This document shows, one piece after another, positions 48,801 to 64,000 of a DNA stretch of 64,000 nucleotides. Both the position numbers and the translations under genes were made by a program. The first letter of the stretch is position 1; every line of letters starts with the position of its first letter. The notes below the pieces were generated by a model. The model made no database searches, had not been told where the DNA came from, and saw only the letters and a program-made list of their open reading frames with translations. Origin of the DNA: Octopus sinensis. Its lineage: Eukaryota. The stretch spans positions 58,590,001 to 58,654,000 of the forward strand of contig NC_043013.1 of NCBI RefSeq assembly GCF_006345805.1. The letters are read 5' to 3'.

Positions 48801-49249
48801 AGATGCGTGTCCAAGGTAGCGTTCCAATCCCCTACTAACAGTAAAGGTCTAGACGTACCCAGGAAAACCTCTGGACGTCTGAAGAAATCCACCCGACCCG
48901 TTAAGGACGGTGCATAAACTGCCATCAGACGGAATGCACACCCATTTCTGCCATCCACGTCCAAGACAACCAGCCTACCCTCCGGGTCTAGGACTATTGT
49001 TCTTACTTTTACATTTAGACTCTTTCAAAAAAGCACCGCGGTACCTCCACCACCCATGTTCGGCAGACAGGGAGAAAAATAAATGTCAAATTGACCGCCA
49101 AACATGGACGCGAGGGCCCGCGGCTTGCTGAGTCTGGTTTCGCTGATAGCTACTATATCCACGTTCAGTGACTTGATATCGTTTAGAAGGTAACCTTGCT
49201 TCCAAGCCGACGCCAAGCCACGCGCATTTACACAACCTAATTTAAGCAT
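45824..49249 (-). pseudogene. Tx1-like ORF2 (endonuclease/reverse transcriptase), frameshifted
   Basis: Motifs are CVNARGL, VAISETRL, LVGDWNA, SYLDRI, YTDHKFV, SPGYWKLN, SPGLDGLP, FRPIILLNADLKILAK, LDQSKAFDRVD, RQGCPLS, AYADDV, GGLG and CPRCGQ..ETVLHAFVQC, split over several frames. Confidence 0.9.
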
Positions 49250-49315
49250 AATTGACGTTTACGAAAATTGTGTTTCACACACTACATTGGAAGAGACAAG
49301 AGGCAAGAGGGAAGG

Positions 49316-51198
49316 TCACTTACTCATTTCGAAAGTTTTATTTTTTTCTTCTTCTTTTGTAGTGTCTTTGATGAGGTGTTTGTATAGTTTTTTGGAGAGG
49401 TATCGTTGAAACCCGCCTACCGCATTTGGAAATATTGTGTTCAGTATATGGTGTTGTGTTTGTGTTATGTGTACAATTCTTATGTGTTTCGGTGGTGTGG
49501 TTCGCGGATGATTGTTTGTCTTAAAGTCATCTTCACAGATGCCCGTGTTGGATGCAATATAATCCATTAATTTTTTATTGTCTGTGTCTATTGCAGTTAG
49601 TTGTGTGTGTGGTTTTGCGGTTTCATTGATTTTTTGATTGTCTAGGAGGATGCTGTCTGGAGTTAAATATCTCCCTGCTTTACTTCCTTGTTTGGTGGGA
49701 TTTTTTGATCTTTTCCTTTTACCCCCTGTGGCTATTTGCCATTCCGTCGAACTTTCGTCGTCCGACGAATCAGAAGGGGGTAAAGGCAAAGCATTTGCTT
49801 AATATGTATGCTTGTAGAAATTGTTGATGTTTTGTGTGGTGTTTGTGTTGTTGTGGTGTTAGGGGTAGAATTTGTCTTCTCGTCACTGTTTTCTGTCTTT
49901 TTAATTGTTGTCCTCGGTGTTGGTGTTGGTCTATCTTTTGGTTCAGCATGTTGAATTGGTTGCGACGTCAACAGTGATTGTGTTGGTACTGTTTCTTTTC
50001 TTGGTGATGTTGTTGGGGTTTGCTTGCTGGTTTGTTGTTTTTCTTGGCATTGTTCCATAATTGAGTGTGTTGGTGTTGGTGTTGGCAACAAGGGTTTTTT
50101 ATTTGTTTTCTGATTAGTTCTTTCTTGTTTTTTCTGTGCCAGAGCACACTTGGCAATTAAATGTTCTGGGCTGCCACAGTTGTAGCATCTAGGCTTTTTG
50201 CCTTCTGCTACAACGTGTAGGCTTTGCCCATTTTCTAAGTGGATCCTATCAGGTAGGTTCTCGATAGAGGCCCCCTCAATCTGGATGGTCACTACTATTG
50301 TTTTTCCACCTCAATTGTCGTTTAGATATACGGCAGTCTCTAAGATATTTATAGTTTTCAAATGGTAACAGATTGCACCTGTTATCCATTTGTTAGGAAT
50401 CTCGGGGGGTACATTTTTAATAGTAATTCTACTCACTCTCTGGCCTTTGTAGTATGGTACCATGATGATTTCATCATTTTCCAAAGACTCGGTAGAGTGA
50501 GCTTTTGCCACTTCCTAGTTAGGGAAACGGACCACTACTGTGTTCAACTGGGTACCCCAGTTTATATATTCTTGTTTTTTCATTATGTTTTTTTAAACAC
50601 TTTTCTATATCCGTTTTTGTAATCTGTTCATTTTGTTTTTTGTTTTTTCTTATAATTTTATATATAATTGTCTTATTTTCTATTTGTTCCTTTATGTGTT
50701 GAGGTGTATGCAGCACTAAATCTTGCCCACGTGTTGTAAAGAGTGCTCTCGTTTCTATTAACTCTTCATTCGTAAATTTTACTATTTTTTTTTCTGACGC
50801 AGAGTGTCAGCGAAATTTACTGGTGTTGTTGATTCTTTTATATTAACATCTTCACTATTAGATAGTTCATTTTTATTGTTGTTCTTCTTGTTGTTGTTTT
50901 TGTTAATAGTATTCGCGTGAGTTTCATTTTTATCATTTATGTTTGTCGTGGTGGTGGTAGTGGTGGCGGTGGTGGAGGTGGTGGTGGTAGCAGTAGTAGT
51001 CTCGTTGTTGTTGTTGCTAGTGGTGGTGGTGGTGGTGACAGGGCTGTTACCGCAAGTGGTTGCAGCGTTCACTACCACGTCATTCAGGTTTGCACTTTGC
51101 GTGCATAAGTTCTTTTTTTCTTCTGGCATTTCTAGACTAGGAAAATGCTGGTCCATAAAGGAATTCGACCAGCGTTCTACAATAAAATTTCTCGACAT
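49316..51198 (-). pseudogene. Tx1-like ORF1 (gag-like, CCHC zinc knuckle), frameshifted
   Basis: PRCYNCGSPEHLIAKC knuckle, an RRM-like ITIKNVPPEI segment and Thr/Asn/Gln low-complexity stretches. It spans five track ORFs. Confidence 0.75.
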
Positions 51199-51395
51199 TT
51201 TTTAATGTCGAGAAGAAAATTACACAAATTAAATAGCGTTGAAACTGCCCCTAGGGGCGAATTCCTCCCTTAGGAAAGCACTCAAACGAAAGTTGGGTGC
51301 CTTATACACCTTATTTACAAAAATATACAGAAAATATGGGCTATAAATAGTCAAAATAAACGATTACCTTCGGAGCCGAAGTGACAGCACGTCCG

Positions 51396-51509
<114 letters not shown>

Positions 51510-52319
51510 TCTGTCTGGCTGTCTTTCTGTCTGACAGCCAAACAAACAGACAGACTGACATGTATTTGGATTTGCTGACACTTCATGAACCATCATAAAA
51601 GTATTTGGACCCCTACGCCTATTCCCATATCTCCGAGGGGAAGCACTGACTCGTATTATAAAGAACGTGTTATATCGGTGCTATTCACAGCTGGGTATGC
51701 CTCTCAGAGTACCTACTACGTTACTACTGAAGGCAACACTATCGTTAATCTAGTTTGTATATATAAATAGGATTGAAAGATGGATTAGGAATTTAATAAT
51801 TTGTATATTTTATTTAGCTGACAGTCATTTTTTGTTCATGAAACGTGTGTAGTGTGATGTGAGTAAATATTTTATAAAATAAATTTTGTTTCTTCTCAAT
51901 ATATTGATAGATACATATGTGTGTGTGTGTGTCTATATATATATAAGTGTGTACAATTAGATGTGTGCGTAAATGTGCATGTGTATGTGCTTATGTAAAC
52001 AGTCGGAATATACATCCATCGGAATATGCATTCACAGACATAAAAAAATGAACGTACCCCGTTGTTATAAGGCAAAGTTCAGCGTTGTTCTAGTATTGCT
52101 GTTGTGGACCATGTGAGTGAGTCGTAAGCAATGAGACGGGGCAACACCTGTGACCAAACAACATCCATCGATGTACGATCATTTCGTTATTCTGTCGACT
52201 GTGTAACAATTCACTGTCGTATAACAATTCAAAGTTGTATGTTTAATTAACGCTGACTTTACATATGTTATCAAATGCTACAAACCTATGATTTCATATC
52301 AGTTCAAAATTCTTGACAC

Positions 52320-53900
<1,581 letters not shown>

Positions 53901-55164
53901 TCTCTCTCTCTCACACACTCTCCCGATACACACACACAAACACACACACGCATACACATATATATTTCACTGTCTGTTCGTTTGCGTATCTCTCTGTGCC
54001 GTTCTTATTGTTAAATATTTTCTGAATATGTTCCAGGTCAATAACTTGTGTTGTAAATAACCGGTAAAACTATCTTTCCCATAATGCTTCACTGCTTATT
54101 TCTACTGATGCTCCATCAATCAAACAGAAGCCAATTCTAGACGAAACACTAACTCTGAAATCGTTTGGGACCTACTGAAAAAATATCTTTTTTTTTTCTG
54201 TATTTTATTTTATATACAATTGTTTGGAGAGAAACAAAATAGTTTCTAATTAAACCGAAAAACACAAACTATGACAATCATAGACGCACATTCATTTATA
54301 AAAGGATATTGAGACAGAATAACACAGACAGTCAGACATACACACACATATCCACACTTATACCGACATATACAGTCATGTACACACATGTGCGCGCACA
54401 CACTTAGATGATACATATCTACACTTACTTACGCGCACACAGGCACACATAGATATAGACACATATACACACGTACATAAGCAAACATACACCCTTACAT
54501 ATAAGTACATTTGGCACGAAATGATCGGAAAACTAATTTGCTTATTGTTAATAGGTGTAGAGAGAGGGGGAGTTAATATTTTAAGGGAAGAACATTAGCG
54601 ACGGCAGTAATAAAAGAGTTTCCACTGTGCAATGAAAGTATAATGGTCAAAAATATTTCCCAATGTCTGAGTGGATGTTTTAAGTAGAGTTGAGCCTAAT
54701 TAGGAATTTCTTCAACAAGCATATGTGTGTGAGAGAGAGTGAGGCTGCATTATTACGTCCTTTGTGGCGTTATTTTACTTAACTATGTTATCTCTTTACC
54801 AACCTATCTCGTTCTACATTTATCTATACACCTATGTGTGTGTGTATATATATATCCGTACTTACGTGCATATTTGTCTATGCACGTATGCATGTATATG
54901 TGTGTGTGTATGAGCTTTATGTATACTTATATGCTTGTATGTTTGGGTTCACATGTACATAAACACATACATAATATACGCACACACGCGTATTTGTGTT
55001 CATAAACATTTACATATCTTTGCTTCCATTCTCCCAGGATATTTCATGCTGAGACTCACATAAAATAATAATGATTTGGTAAGAATACATTGACTTATTA
55101 TGCAAATAGTATTAATATTGTAATAATACAGTAATGATACATTTATGATATAATATTTTCTGCC

Positions 55165-55565
55165 TTAGGCACAAGAACCAGAAATTTTGGAAGAGGGGGC
55201 TAGTCGATTATATCGACCCCAGTGTGCAACTGGTACGTAACTTATCGACCCCGAAAGGATGAAAGGCAAAGTCGACCTCGGCATAATTTGAACTCCGAAC
55301 GTAACGGCAGACGAAATACCGCTAAGCATGTCACTCGTCGTGCTGAATTTTTTTTCTACTCTAGACACAAGGCCCGAAATTTTGGGGCAGGGGGCACAGT
55401 CGATTAGATCGAACAAGTACGCAGCTGGTACTTAATTTGTTGACCCCAAAAGGATGAAAAACAAGGTCGACCTCGCGTATTTTAAACTCAGAACGTAACG
55501 GCAGACAAAATACCGCTAAGCATTTAACCCGGCGGGCTAACATTTCTGCCAGCTTTCCCGCCTTA
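55165..55565 (-). mobile_element. Two tandem SINE family 1-related copies with an alternative 3' tail
   Basis: Both share the family 1 body (TCGACCCC...GGATGAAAGGCAAAGTCGACCTCG) but end in CCCC..CCAAAATTTC.GG..CTTGTG instead of the GTTTAGCCCCTTGTGGG tail. Confidence 0.75.
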
Positions 55566-56089
55566 GTAATGGTAAAATATTTTTGGAATAATGAAATAAT
55601 ATCAACACAATAATTGACGCAAGTTCCTTCCGTTTTGACCCCGATATGTTTAGTTTATATTAACACATCATTTTTCATTTTTAATCAGACGACGGAGTGA
55701 CGGTGGGAGATGATACTCACAAATGTAGAAGTGAAGAGTTACTGTTTGAGCAAAGAGAAAAGGATTATTTTGTGTGTTTTCGGCATCGCAGCCCAGGAGC
55801 AGCAGCTGTGTTTTGGAAGAACAACAGAAACTCTTAAAAAATCGCTCTCAAGAAAATATTAGAAGTATAGACAGCTATGATAATTAGTGAAATAGCAGCA
55901 ACAACCACAACGATTATGACAGTAGTAGCAAAACCATCAACAGTAACCAAGTTTATAGAAGCCAGGTGAAAGGAAACCATAAAGTAAACGGAGACAACAA
56001 TAACGAAACTAGTTTACAGGAGCACTCAATGAAACATTCGAATGTTAATGGAATTTCTTCAGTTTCCAACTTTAGAAAGTTTTTCGTTT

Positions 56090-57900
56090 TTATTGTGGAG
56101 GGGGTTCACGACCATCATCTTGTTTGAAAAATGTCGAAAAAGCCTCGAAAAATAACTGACTCTGCTGATAAGGGTCCTCAATCGATACGCCTGTTGAGTC
56201 TACTAACGTTGCAATTTGGTTGTTCAAGCGGGAATTCCGTTGGACATGGGCAAAGAAGGTTTTTGGATTGCGACTGGCGTTTGCTGCGATTTTGCATTCA
56301 TATCTGAAGCGTTCTTCCTTTTCAATTTTCACGGTTCGGTCTCGTTGAGTTTTGTACACCTAAAAGGCTGCAGTCGAATCTTGACTTTTTAATTCAGCCC
56401 AAGCAATATCTCTGAGGCGAAGTTCTCGTTTAACCTTCTTCGTCACCCAGGGCTTATGTTTCTTCTTCTTGGGAAGCCCAACGGGAACTGCTTGGTCAGT
56501 CAACCAGATTACATATGCTTTGAGGGACGACCATAGTTCGTCAACTGAGTACATCGTCATCAGGGATCGCCAGTCCAGAAGCGCGGAAGCCTCGGTTAGA
56601 ATTTCAAGATTGATTGCAGAGAAGACTCTACGTGGTAGCGAAGTAGTCGTGGGCGTAGAAAAAGTTGTGTGCCTGTCGAACATCAGGACCGCGTGATCAC
56701 TCTTGGGAAGAGGGGCGCACTCAGATAAGCCTGACACTGATCTTGGATAGCGGGAGAATACCAGATCCAACATAGATGACTGCTGCCCAGACCGATGCCT
56801 TGTCGGAGATTCAACATGTTGCGATGGAAAACATTTTCAGCCACGTCAAGAAGGGTCTGGCCGAACCGGGAAGATGATGTACAAATTGATGGGCCAGTCG
56901 ATCGTGGGCGTTGAAGTCTCCTAATATCAGTCATGAGAAGCTGAAACGAATCTTATCGCTTTGAGTAAATGAGCATCGTCCTGGGGGTCGGCAAGAGGCG
57001 GCCTGTAGACAGCTAACACGGCAGGCAAAACCGGATAGGCTCAGCTTGCAATAGACGGCATCGAATTTTGTTGTAGGTTGAGCATTAGTGGGTAGAATAC
57101 AGCTGGATGGTTTGAGATCAGATTTGACATACACAGCAACACCTCCACCTCGCATTTTTTCTCTATCACATCTGAAGAGGTCGTAGCCCTGTAGGTGGAT
57201 TTCCGAGTCCTTTACTGCTGGAGTCAGCCAAGTCTCGGTGATAGCTATCACATCTGGGAAATCACGCATGGCCAGTGTAAATAATTCGCTGAACTTTGGA
57301 AATAAGGAGCACGAGTTGGTATAGACGATGCTGAGCTGTGAAGTTTGAGGGCGGGAATTAGGGAACAAGCAGAATAAGGGATATCAGAGATAGCATCGTT
57401 GTCGGGGGTATCTACTTTACTTCGATTCGCCCTCGATTCACCTGTCAGCACTAGAGCATGCGACCAGAGGTAGGACTTGATTATTTGTCCATCGTGGATG
57501 CGTAAACCCTTCTCTCCCATCTGTTTTCTGATCTTCAGCTCGGATATCAGGTTTCTCCGACGAATTCTCTCTCTCAGTGAGAATTCTTCGCGAAAACCCA
57601 TATTGGGGTCCTCCCAGGCATGCTTCTGAGCTCTGTTCAGAAAGGTTGAAGCCTCCTGATCGGAAGAAAAGATTACTCTTATTGGGCGTGGTCTAGTGTC
57701 TGAGGTTGAGTTCACTTGGAATCTTCCTAGCCGAGCAACCTAATGGATACTGACATTTTCGTTGACAGAGAACAATTCTCCAACTAAAACGGAAACAAAA
57801 TTTATGCCTTCTTTTAGGCGGTTTATGCCTGTATCACAGGTGGATTCAGCCTTACCATAAATGATTGCTGATCTTGAGTGGGCAAAATGGTCGTTCTATT
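56090..57900 (-). mobile_element. CR1-group LINE: ORF1 C-terminus and ORF2 endonuclease/linker, frameshifted, RT missing
   Basis: ORF1 reads RPRPIRVIF..ERIRRRNLISELKIRKQMGEKGLRIHDGQII. ORF2 reads YTNSCSL, IAITETWL, RCDREKMRGGGVAVYV, GDFN, LDLVFS, KSDHAVL and NPKTFFAHV. Confidence 0.8.
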
Positions 57901-59809
57901 CTCTACTGTGAACTGCGGCATTCGATTCTTCATCGGATAAATTAGAAAGAGAATAATTTTGAAAGAGAATAAACAAACGCGGTACTACAAAAGTCAAAAC
58001 AAATTCCCCAAATTAAACTCTTAAAATGAACCCAGAATATATTTGATTTCAAATAATCTTCTCTGAGATAAAAGAAAAAAAATACATGGTTACAGTAAAT
58101 TATAAGGACAATATCAGGAGAACATATCATGACTAATTCATTGGAGTCAGTACACTACAAGATCAATTCTTGAGCTTTTCAGATGCATGTGGTATTAATT
58201 TTATCCACTCAGACACGCTGGAAAGCACCATCGACGCGTGACAGGTTTGACCGCAGTGCATAAGAGAAATGAAATTCTTTGAGTTATTTCAGATGTTGGC
58301 CGCTCGTCGCATTTTAACTTTATGTTAGGAATTTATTGTAAATTTAAAGTCCCAGTTGCCACGTATTTTGTAAGAAATATTATTTTAGAGTGAGACTAAA
58401 CCATTATTTGACTGGGTTTCTTTTTTTTGTGTGTGTGTTGAGCTTCAAAGAATGAAAAACTGTGACTGGAACCCAGAACCGAAAGACCCGGAAAATATTG
58501 ACCCGAGATCTATTATCTAAGGTTTCTTCGATTCTTCCAATCCACCGGCTTTATAATAATTTGATGTTGGTGCATTCAAAATCGAGATAGCGGTTTCCAT
58601 TCCTAGACTAGATGGTGCATTGAGTTTCTTTGCAAAATACTTTATCTTATGTTGCTCTACATGTTGCTCCCTTCGACACCTGACATGTGGCACACTGGCC
58701 ACTTGCGCAGGCAGCATCAGTTTGGTGGAGATGAGTGAGCTACACCACAAACATTTTGATTTCTATAAACAAATCATATGTTCAGCCTGTTTCGGACTAC
58801 GATACTCTACCATCGTTTATAATGAGTTTGTAGCCATAAAAAATAATACGTAGGAAACGGACCAGCTTTCAGTTTGTTCAAATAGGAGAGGCTGCGATGA
58901 AATAATGAAAGAAATATGTATTTAATAATTACTGTTAGCATTGTACTCTCTTATCTACGAAGATTTCTTTCAGAGAATTTTCGGGAAAGGCAAAATAGTC
59001 CTCAGGAGTAATATTTTTAAACATAATTATAATGAAATCCTTAAAAAGGAAAACAGAATTGGGAAGCGTGACTTATCCTCTGTCTCTGTCTCTAAGATAA
59101 AAATTTTTTTTTTTACACATTAAGTTCCCATATAACCGCAATCCTCTCCATCTAAAAGGTATTTGCAGAAAATTTCATCAAGTTCTGTTTTTCTGAATTG
59201 TTACGAGGAGACCAAATCTAGAGGTGGATGTATACATTCCCGTAGTTATGCCCACTTAATGTAGGTGACTGAGATCCAATTTACACCCTTTAGCTCGTAT
59301 TTCTTTAGTCACACCCTATAAATACGAACATTTACCGGGAACAATGCAATTTGCTTGACACTGTAGAAAGTAGAGTTGCATAAATTTGAACAACTATTAT
59401 ATTGCCAGAAGTATAGCGGACGTTAAACTAAAGTGCAGTAATACGAAATACAGCAACTAATAAGATATGAGGTTGAAGCATGTACTTGCAATACTGAATA
59501 ATAAAAGAATGTTTCAAAACCACATTTTGATGCAAATATATTAAACCTGTATCTTATGAAAAGAAATTGCCCACAGCTTAGCCTTTAATATTCTTTAATA
59601 TTTGCTTTATTTTAGTAAAAGTTACATAATTCCAATCAATATATTCATAAGCAACTTTGTCCATTATAGGTGTCTTTGTGTGTGTGTGGTGTGTGTGTGT
59701 GTGTATGTATATATATATATATGTATATATATGTATATATATATGTATATAGATATATATATATGTATATGTATATATATATATATTATATATAATATAT
59801 ATATATATT

Positions 59810-59914
<105 letters not shown>

Positions 59915-59952
59915 AAAAAGGAGATGTGGAACACGAGTTGTGATATATGAAA

Positions 59953-60256
59953 AAAGGAAATGAAGAAAATGCTGACAAAATAATTTAAGTAAAGGAGAGT
60001 GTATTTAATTAGGTGAAAGTTCTTTTTACCGGTTGCGCATTTGTTATGCTTATCAAAAGATATATTTTAAAGAGAGATAGAGTTCCTTTCTGATAGATCT
60101 TGAGAAAAAAATCTATCAGAAAGGAACTCTATCTCTCTTTAAAATATATCTTTTGATAAGCATAACAAATGCGCAACCGGTAAAAAGAACTTTCACCTAA
60201 TTAAATACACTCTCCTTTACTTAAATTATTTTGTCAGCATTTTCTTCATTTCCTTT
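59953..60256. repeat. Perfect inverted repeat, 146-bp arms, 12-nt spacer
   Basis: 59953-60098 is the reverse complement of 60111-60256; the spacer is CTTGAGAAAAAA. Confidence 0.95.
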
Positions 60257-60267
60257 ATATATATACA

Positions 60268-60337
<70 letters not shown>

Positions 60338-61274
60338 GTATGTATATATATATGTATGTATAAATATATGTATGTATAAATACTGCGTATGTGTGTCTAT
60401 GTGTCTAGATAATATATGAATCATCTAAGTTTTGAATATTTATTTTGCGTACTTTTATTTATATTATAACAATGCATTTCGATTATTTACGTTTGTTGTG
60501 AATTTATTCACGTTCCGGTTTTGTTTGCTGTCTTTGTAAATTTGCAACTATTTTGCTAGCATTTCTTTGTCCAGTTACAAATAAATCTATGAATCAGGAA
60601 GTAGTTTCCTGTGTTTTCTTTTTTGTTTGCTTACTTTTTCGCTTTTTTTAAGTTTTGGATGCCATAATTTCAGTAAATATTTTTCCTTATCTGTAAAATG
60701 GAAGAGTATGCAAATAAATGTAGTTCAGAAGAAAACAACAAAAGAAATTAAATTGAAACTATAAATTAAAAGACAAAAAATGATTATTATATATGAAAGT
60801 GTATTTTGTGTTATTTAGGTCTGTTAGTTAACATGAAGTTTGCAACAAATATAAGACAGTACTTTCTATGTTGCTTACGTGCCTCGCTGATATTGCAGTA
60901 GTGGATGTGAGAGATTGTAGGGACATCACAAAAAACAAACATAGAAACACACAGACACACACACGCACGCACACATACACTCATTCACACCCTGGCGTAA
61001 AAATCTATAAAATTCTTGAATTTGTTCGGCAGCGTCTCCCATAATCCCTTTGGCCCTGACTACTGTAACACTTAGCAACTCGGGCCAACATTCAGACTCC
61101 CTGATGGTGAGGTTGTGACGTTTAAGTTAAAGCACTTTAGTAAAACTCAGATGGAGACGAACACCAACCTCCAATGTGACAGACTTGGTAGTTGTTAAGA
61201 TATATCTCTTCTAACATAAAACAAGTGGAAGCCTGGCTTACTCACACATATTACATTACATTATATTATATTGT

Positions 61275-61659
61275 GGAGGCGCAATGGCCCAGTGGTTAGA
61301 GCAGCGGACTCGCGGTCATAGGATCGCGGTTTCGATTCCCAGACCGGGCATTGTGAGTGTTTATTGAGCGAAAACACCTAAAAGCTCCACGAGGCTCCGG
61401 CAGGGGATGGTGGTGATCCCTGCTGTACTCTTTCACCACAACTTTCTCTCACTCTTACTTCCTGTTTCTGTTGTACCTGTATTTCAAGGAGCCGGCCTTG
61501 TCACTCTCTGTGTCACGCTGAATATCCCCGAGAAGTACGTTAAGGGTGCACGTGTCTGTGGAGTGCTCAGCCACTTACACGTTAATTTCACGAGCAGGCT
61601 GTTCCGTTGATTCGGATCAACCGGAACCCTCATCGTCGTAACCGACGGAGTGCTTCCAA
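61275..61659 (+). mobile_element. tRNA-like SINE, family 3
   Basis: Head GGAGGCGCAATGGCCCAGTGGTTAGAGC...GGTTTCGATTCCC. The 3' half is shared with 63740-63900. Confidence 0.75.
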
Positions 61660-61859
61660 TATTATATTATACGCATCCGCACACACACACACACACACAC
61701 ACATACACACACACGCACACACACAAGTCTTTAATCCAAATTACTTCAGCCGACTTGACACAGAAAAGCGGCTCACTTCTGTACCATTGTTTACTTTTAT
61801 TTTCTTAGAAATTCCAGCCGCAGTCTCGAAAGGATCCTTCAATACGTACCATTTCATGG

Positions 61860-62360
61860 CTCAATCATCTCAATCATCTCGTGCCGTAGTTTTGTGTGGT
61901 CTACCAGTTGCCTTTTTCAGTTCAAAACTTTTAGTTTTTTCATAGTGCTTAAGAACACGTGGAACTACACTCTTAGATCTCCTTACATCTCGTGAAATAG
62001 CCGAGAGAGTCATTTCTGAAACTTTCATCCTGACAATTTCTTTTCGGAGGCCATGAGTAAATTCAGCGTGGCTGACCATGTTCGGAACCTAGCACAATAC
62101 TGGGAGGGGAGTAACGTTGAGCCTGCAAATGTGAACAATGCTTGACATTTCCAGAAATTTCTGAAGGAATCTAATCGTTCTCTTATTTTGCACTTGAGAC
62201 ATTTGGACGAAATTAGTGTTGGTGTTAAATTTTATTAAGATCATTGTACAAATTTAGATTTTTCAGAGAATTTAGCGAGTGGTTAATCGTATTTATGAAA
62301 CCAATTACGAATTTGTACGTTAAAAAAAAATTTAATCGTTCTTTTATTTGCTCGCTACTG
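61860..62360 (-). mobile_element. Tc1/mariner left end with the N-terminal DNA-binding part of the transposase
   Basis: MVSHAEFTHGLRKEIV...ISRDVRRSKSVV.RVLKHYEKT...GRPHKTTARDD (paired-like HTH + GRPR-like motif). The end reads TA|CAGTAGCGAGC, and an internal direct repeat AATCGTTCT.TTATTT occurs near 62173 and 62334. Confidence 0.75.
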
Positions 62361-63062
62361 TATATATATAGAAAGAGAGAGAGACAGACAGGCAGACAGA
62401 CATAGATAGATTACAAAAGTGAAACTCGTAAACGGGATGGTTCCTACTGTTACATTGGCTATAAAATTGCTACAAGCCTTCATAAACACACAATATGCAT
62501 TCAGAATGGCTAAATGCAACACATTTCGCCGTGCCGCAAAAACAAATTAGACAAGATGATATCAGCAAATCACACATCGACATTAATTATATTTTCCAGA
62601 AAACGATTAAAGGACGCATTAGCTAAAATCTAAGGCCAAAATGAAGACAAACACGAGCGCACACACTCATATACACGCAGACACGCACGCACACACACAC
62701 ACACACATACACATTCGAAATGTGCGAGTGTGTGGAAATAATTACCTCAAATTTTATGTAAGACAGGTGTAAATTTCGAAGCTTTGTGAATAAGTTGGAA
62801 GAATGAAATTTTCAGGAATCTCATTTTTAAGACATAAAAGACGAACTTAAATATGAAACATAATGAGTGACACAGAGATTGTGGTCGATGAGGAATGTCG
62901 AAGTTATGTTATGGTTTCTCGAAATTTGTTCTTCAAAACTTCAAGAAACCTATACTAAAGTAGTTTAAACTACACCAGGTTATGTTTCCAAAGCAACTCC
63001 TGCACTCGGAAATTCACATGTATGCGTGTGTCTGCGTGTGTATGTTTGTATGTATGAGTGTG

Positions 63063-63102
<40 letters not shown>

Positions 63103-63239
63103 ACGAGCACGTGCATATCGATAGATATATAAAAGGACATGTGAAAATTAGTAACGATACATTATGTGAATCAAGGCTACAGGGATACTCGTTGCGTGAA
63201 CATCTATGCACACGTGCGTGCATACACACAGAAGTACTT

Positions 63240-63470
63240 ATTTCTTTATTACCCACAAGGGGCTAAACATAGATGGGACAAACAAGGACAGACATAGGTA
63301 TTAAGTCGATTCCATCGACCCCAGTGCGTAACTGGTACTTAATTTATCGACCCCGAAAGGATGAAAGGCAAAGTCGACCTCGGCGGAATTTGATCTCACA
63401 GCGTAACGACAGACGAAATACGGCTACGCATTTCGCCCGACGTGCTAACGTTTCTGCCAGCTCGCCGCCT
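63240..63470 (-). mobile_element. SINE family 1, full copy
   Basis: Reverse complement of 4490-4720. Confidence 0.85.
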
Positions 63471-63600
63471 TCACACAGAAGTACTAGCATCTACATCAAC
63501 ACACAGAGACACACATACATATATACATACATATATACATACATACATACATACATACATACATACATACATACATACATACTGTACATATGCCTATATG

Positions 63601-63900
63601 TGAAGGCGCGTGGCTTAGTGGTTGGGGCATTCGGCTCGTGAGTTCAATTCCCGGCGACGCGCTGTGTCCTTGAGCAGCACATTTTATTTCACGTTGCTCC
63701 TGCTGGTAAAAATGAGTAGTACCTGCATTACAAAGGGCCAACCTCGTCACACTCTGTGTCACGCTGAATCTCCGTGAGAACTACGTTAAGGGTACTCGTG
63801 TCTGTGGAGTGCTCAGCCACTTGCACGTTAATTTCACGAGCAAGCTGTTCCGTTTATCGTATGAGATGGAACCCTCGTCGTCGTAACCGACGGAGTGATC
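63601..63900 (+). mobile_element. SINE related to family 3 (different head and middle, same 3' half)
   Basis: It has a tRNA-like head and TGTGTCCTTGAGCA, and shares GTGTCACGCTGAAT...GGAGTGCTCAGCCACTT.CACGTTAATTTCACGAGC...CGTAACCGACGGAGTG with 61500-61655. Confidence 0.75.
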
Positions 63901-64000
63901 CTACTGTACATATAACTACGTGTACAAATGTCTGTATAAAAATATTCTTGTTTAACAGATAAAGGTTTTTGAGAGCGACGTATACGTGAGACGGAGGCTG

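Overview
AT-rich, microsatellite-dense eukaryotic DNA. The SINE/LINE/microsatellite landscape resembles an octopod cephalopod genome; this is inference and no database search was run. I found no host protein-coding gene I can support, and most ORFs in the supplied track are translations of simple repeats. The window is a retroelement graveyard. It holds three CR1/L2-group LINEs: one has an ORF2 that is open to the left window edge and missing from the track, and one has a 605-aa RT ORF. It also holds a near full-length but frameshifted Tx1/L1-clade LINE embedded in (GATA)n, an RTE remnant, R4/Dong-like fragments, a Penelope-like element (RT + GIY-YIG), two Gypsy pol remnants, a Tc1 left end and several tRNA-type SINE families. 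The main hidden signal is a set of type I hammerhead ribozyme (HHR) folds in at least five unrelated sequence families. One HHR lies 3' of the Penelope ORF. Three lie in a non-coding ~570-575-nt tandem/inverted array with retrozyme-like architecture. Others lie in short inverted-repeat-bounded or fold-back elements and behind a tRNA-like SINE head. Two perfect ~150-bp-arm palindromes also occur. All folds were read by eye and none has been tested.
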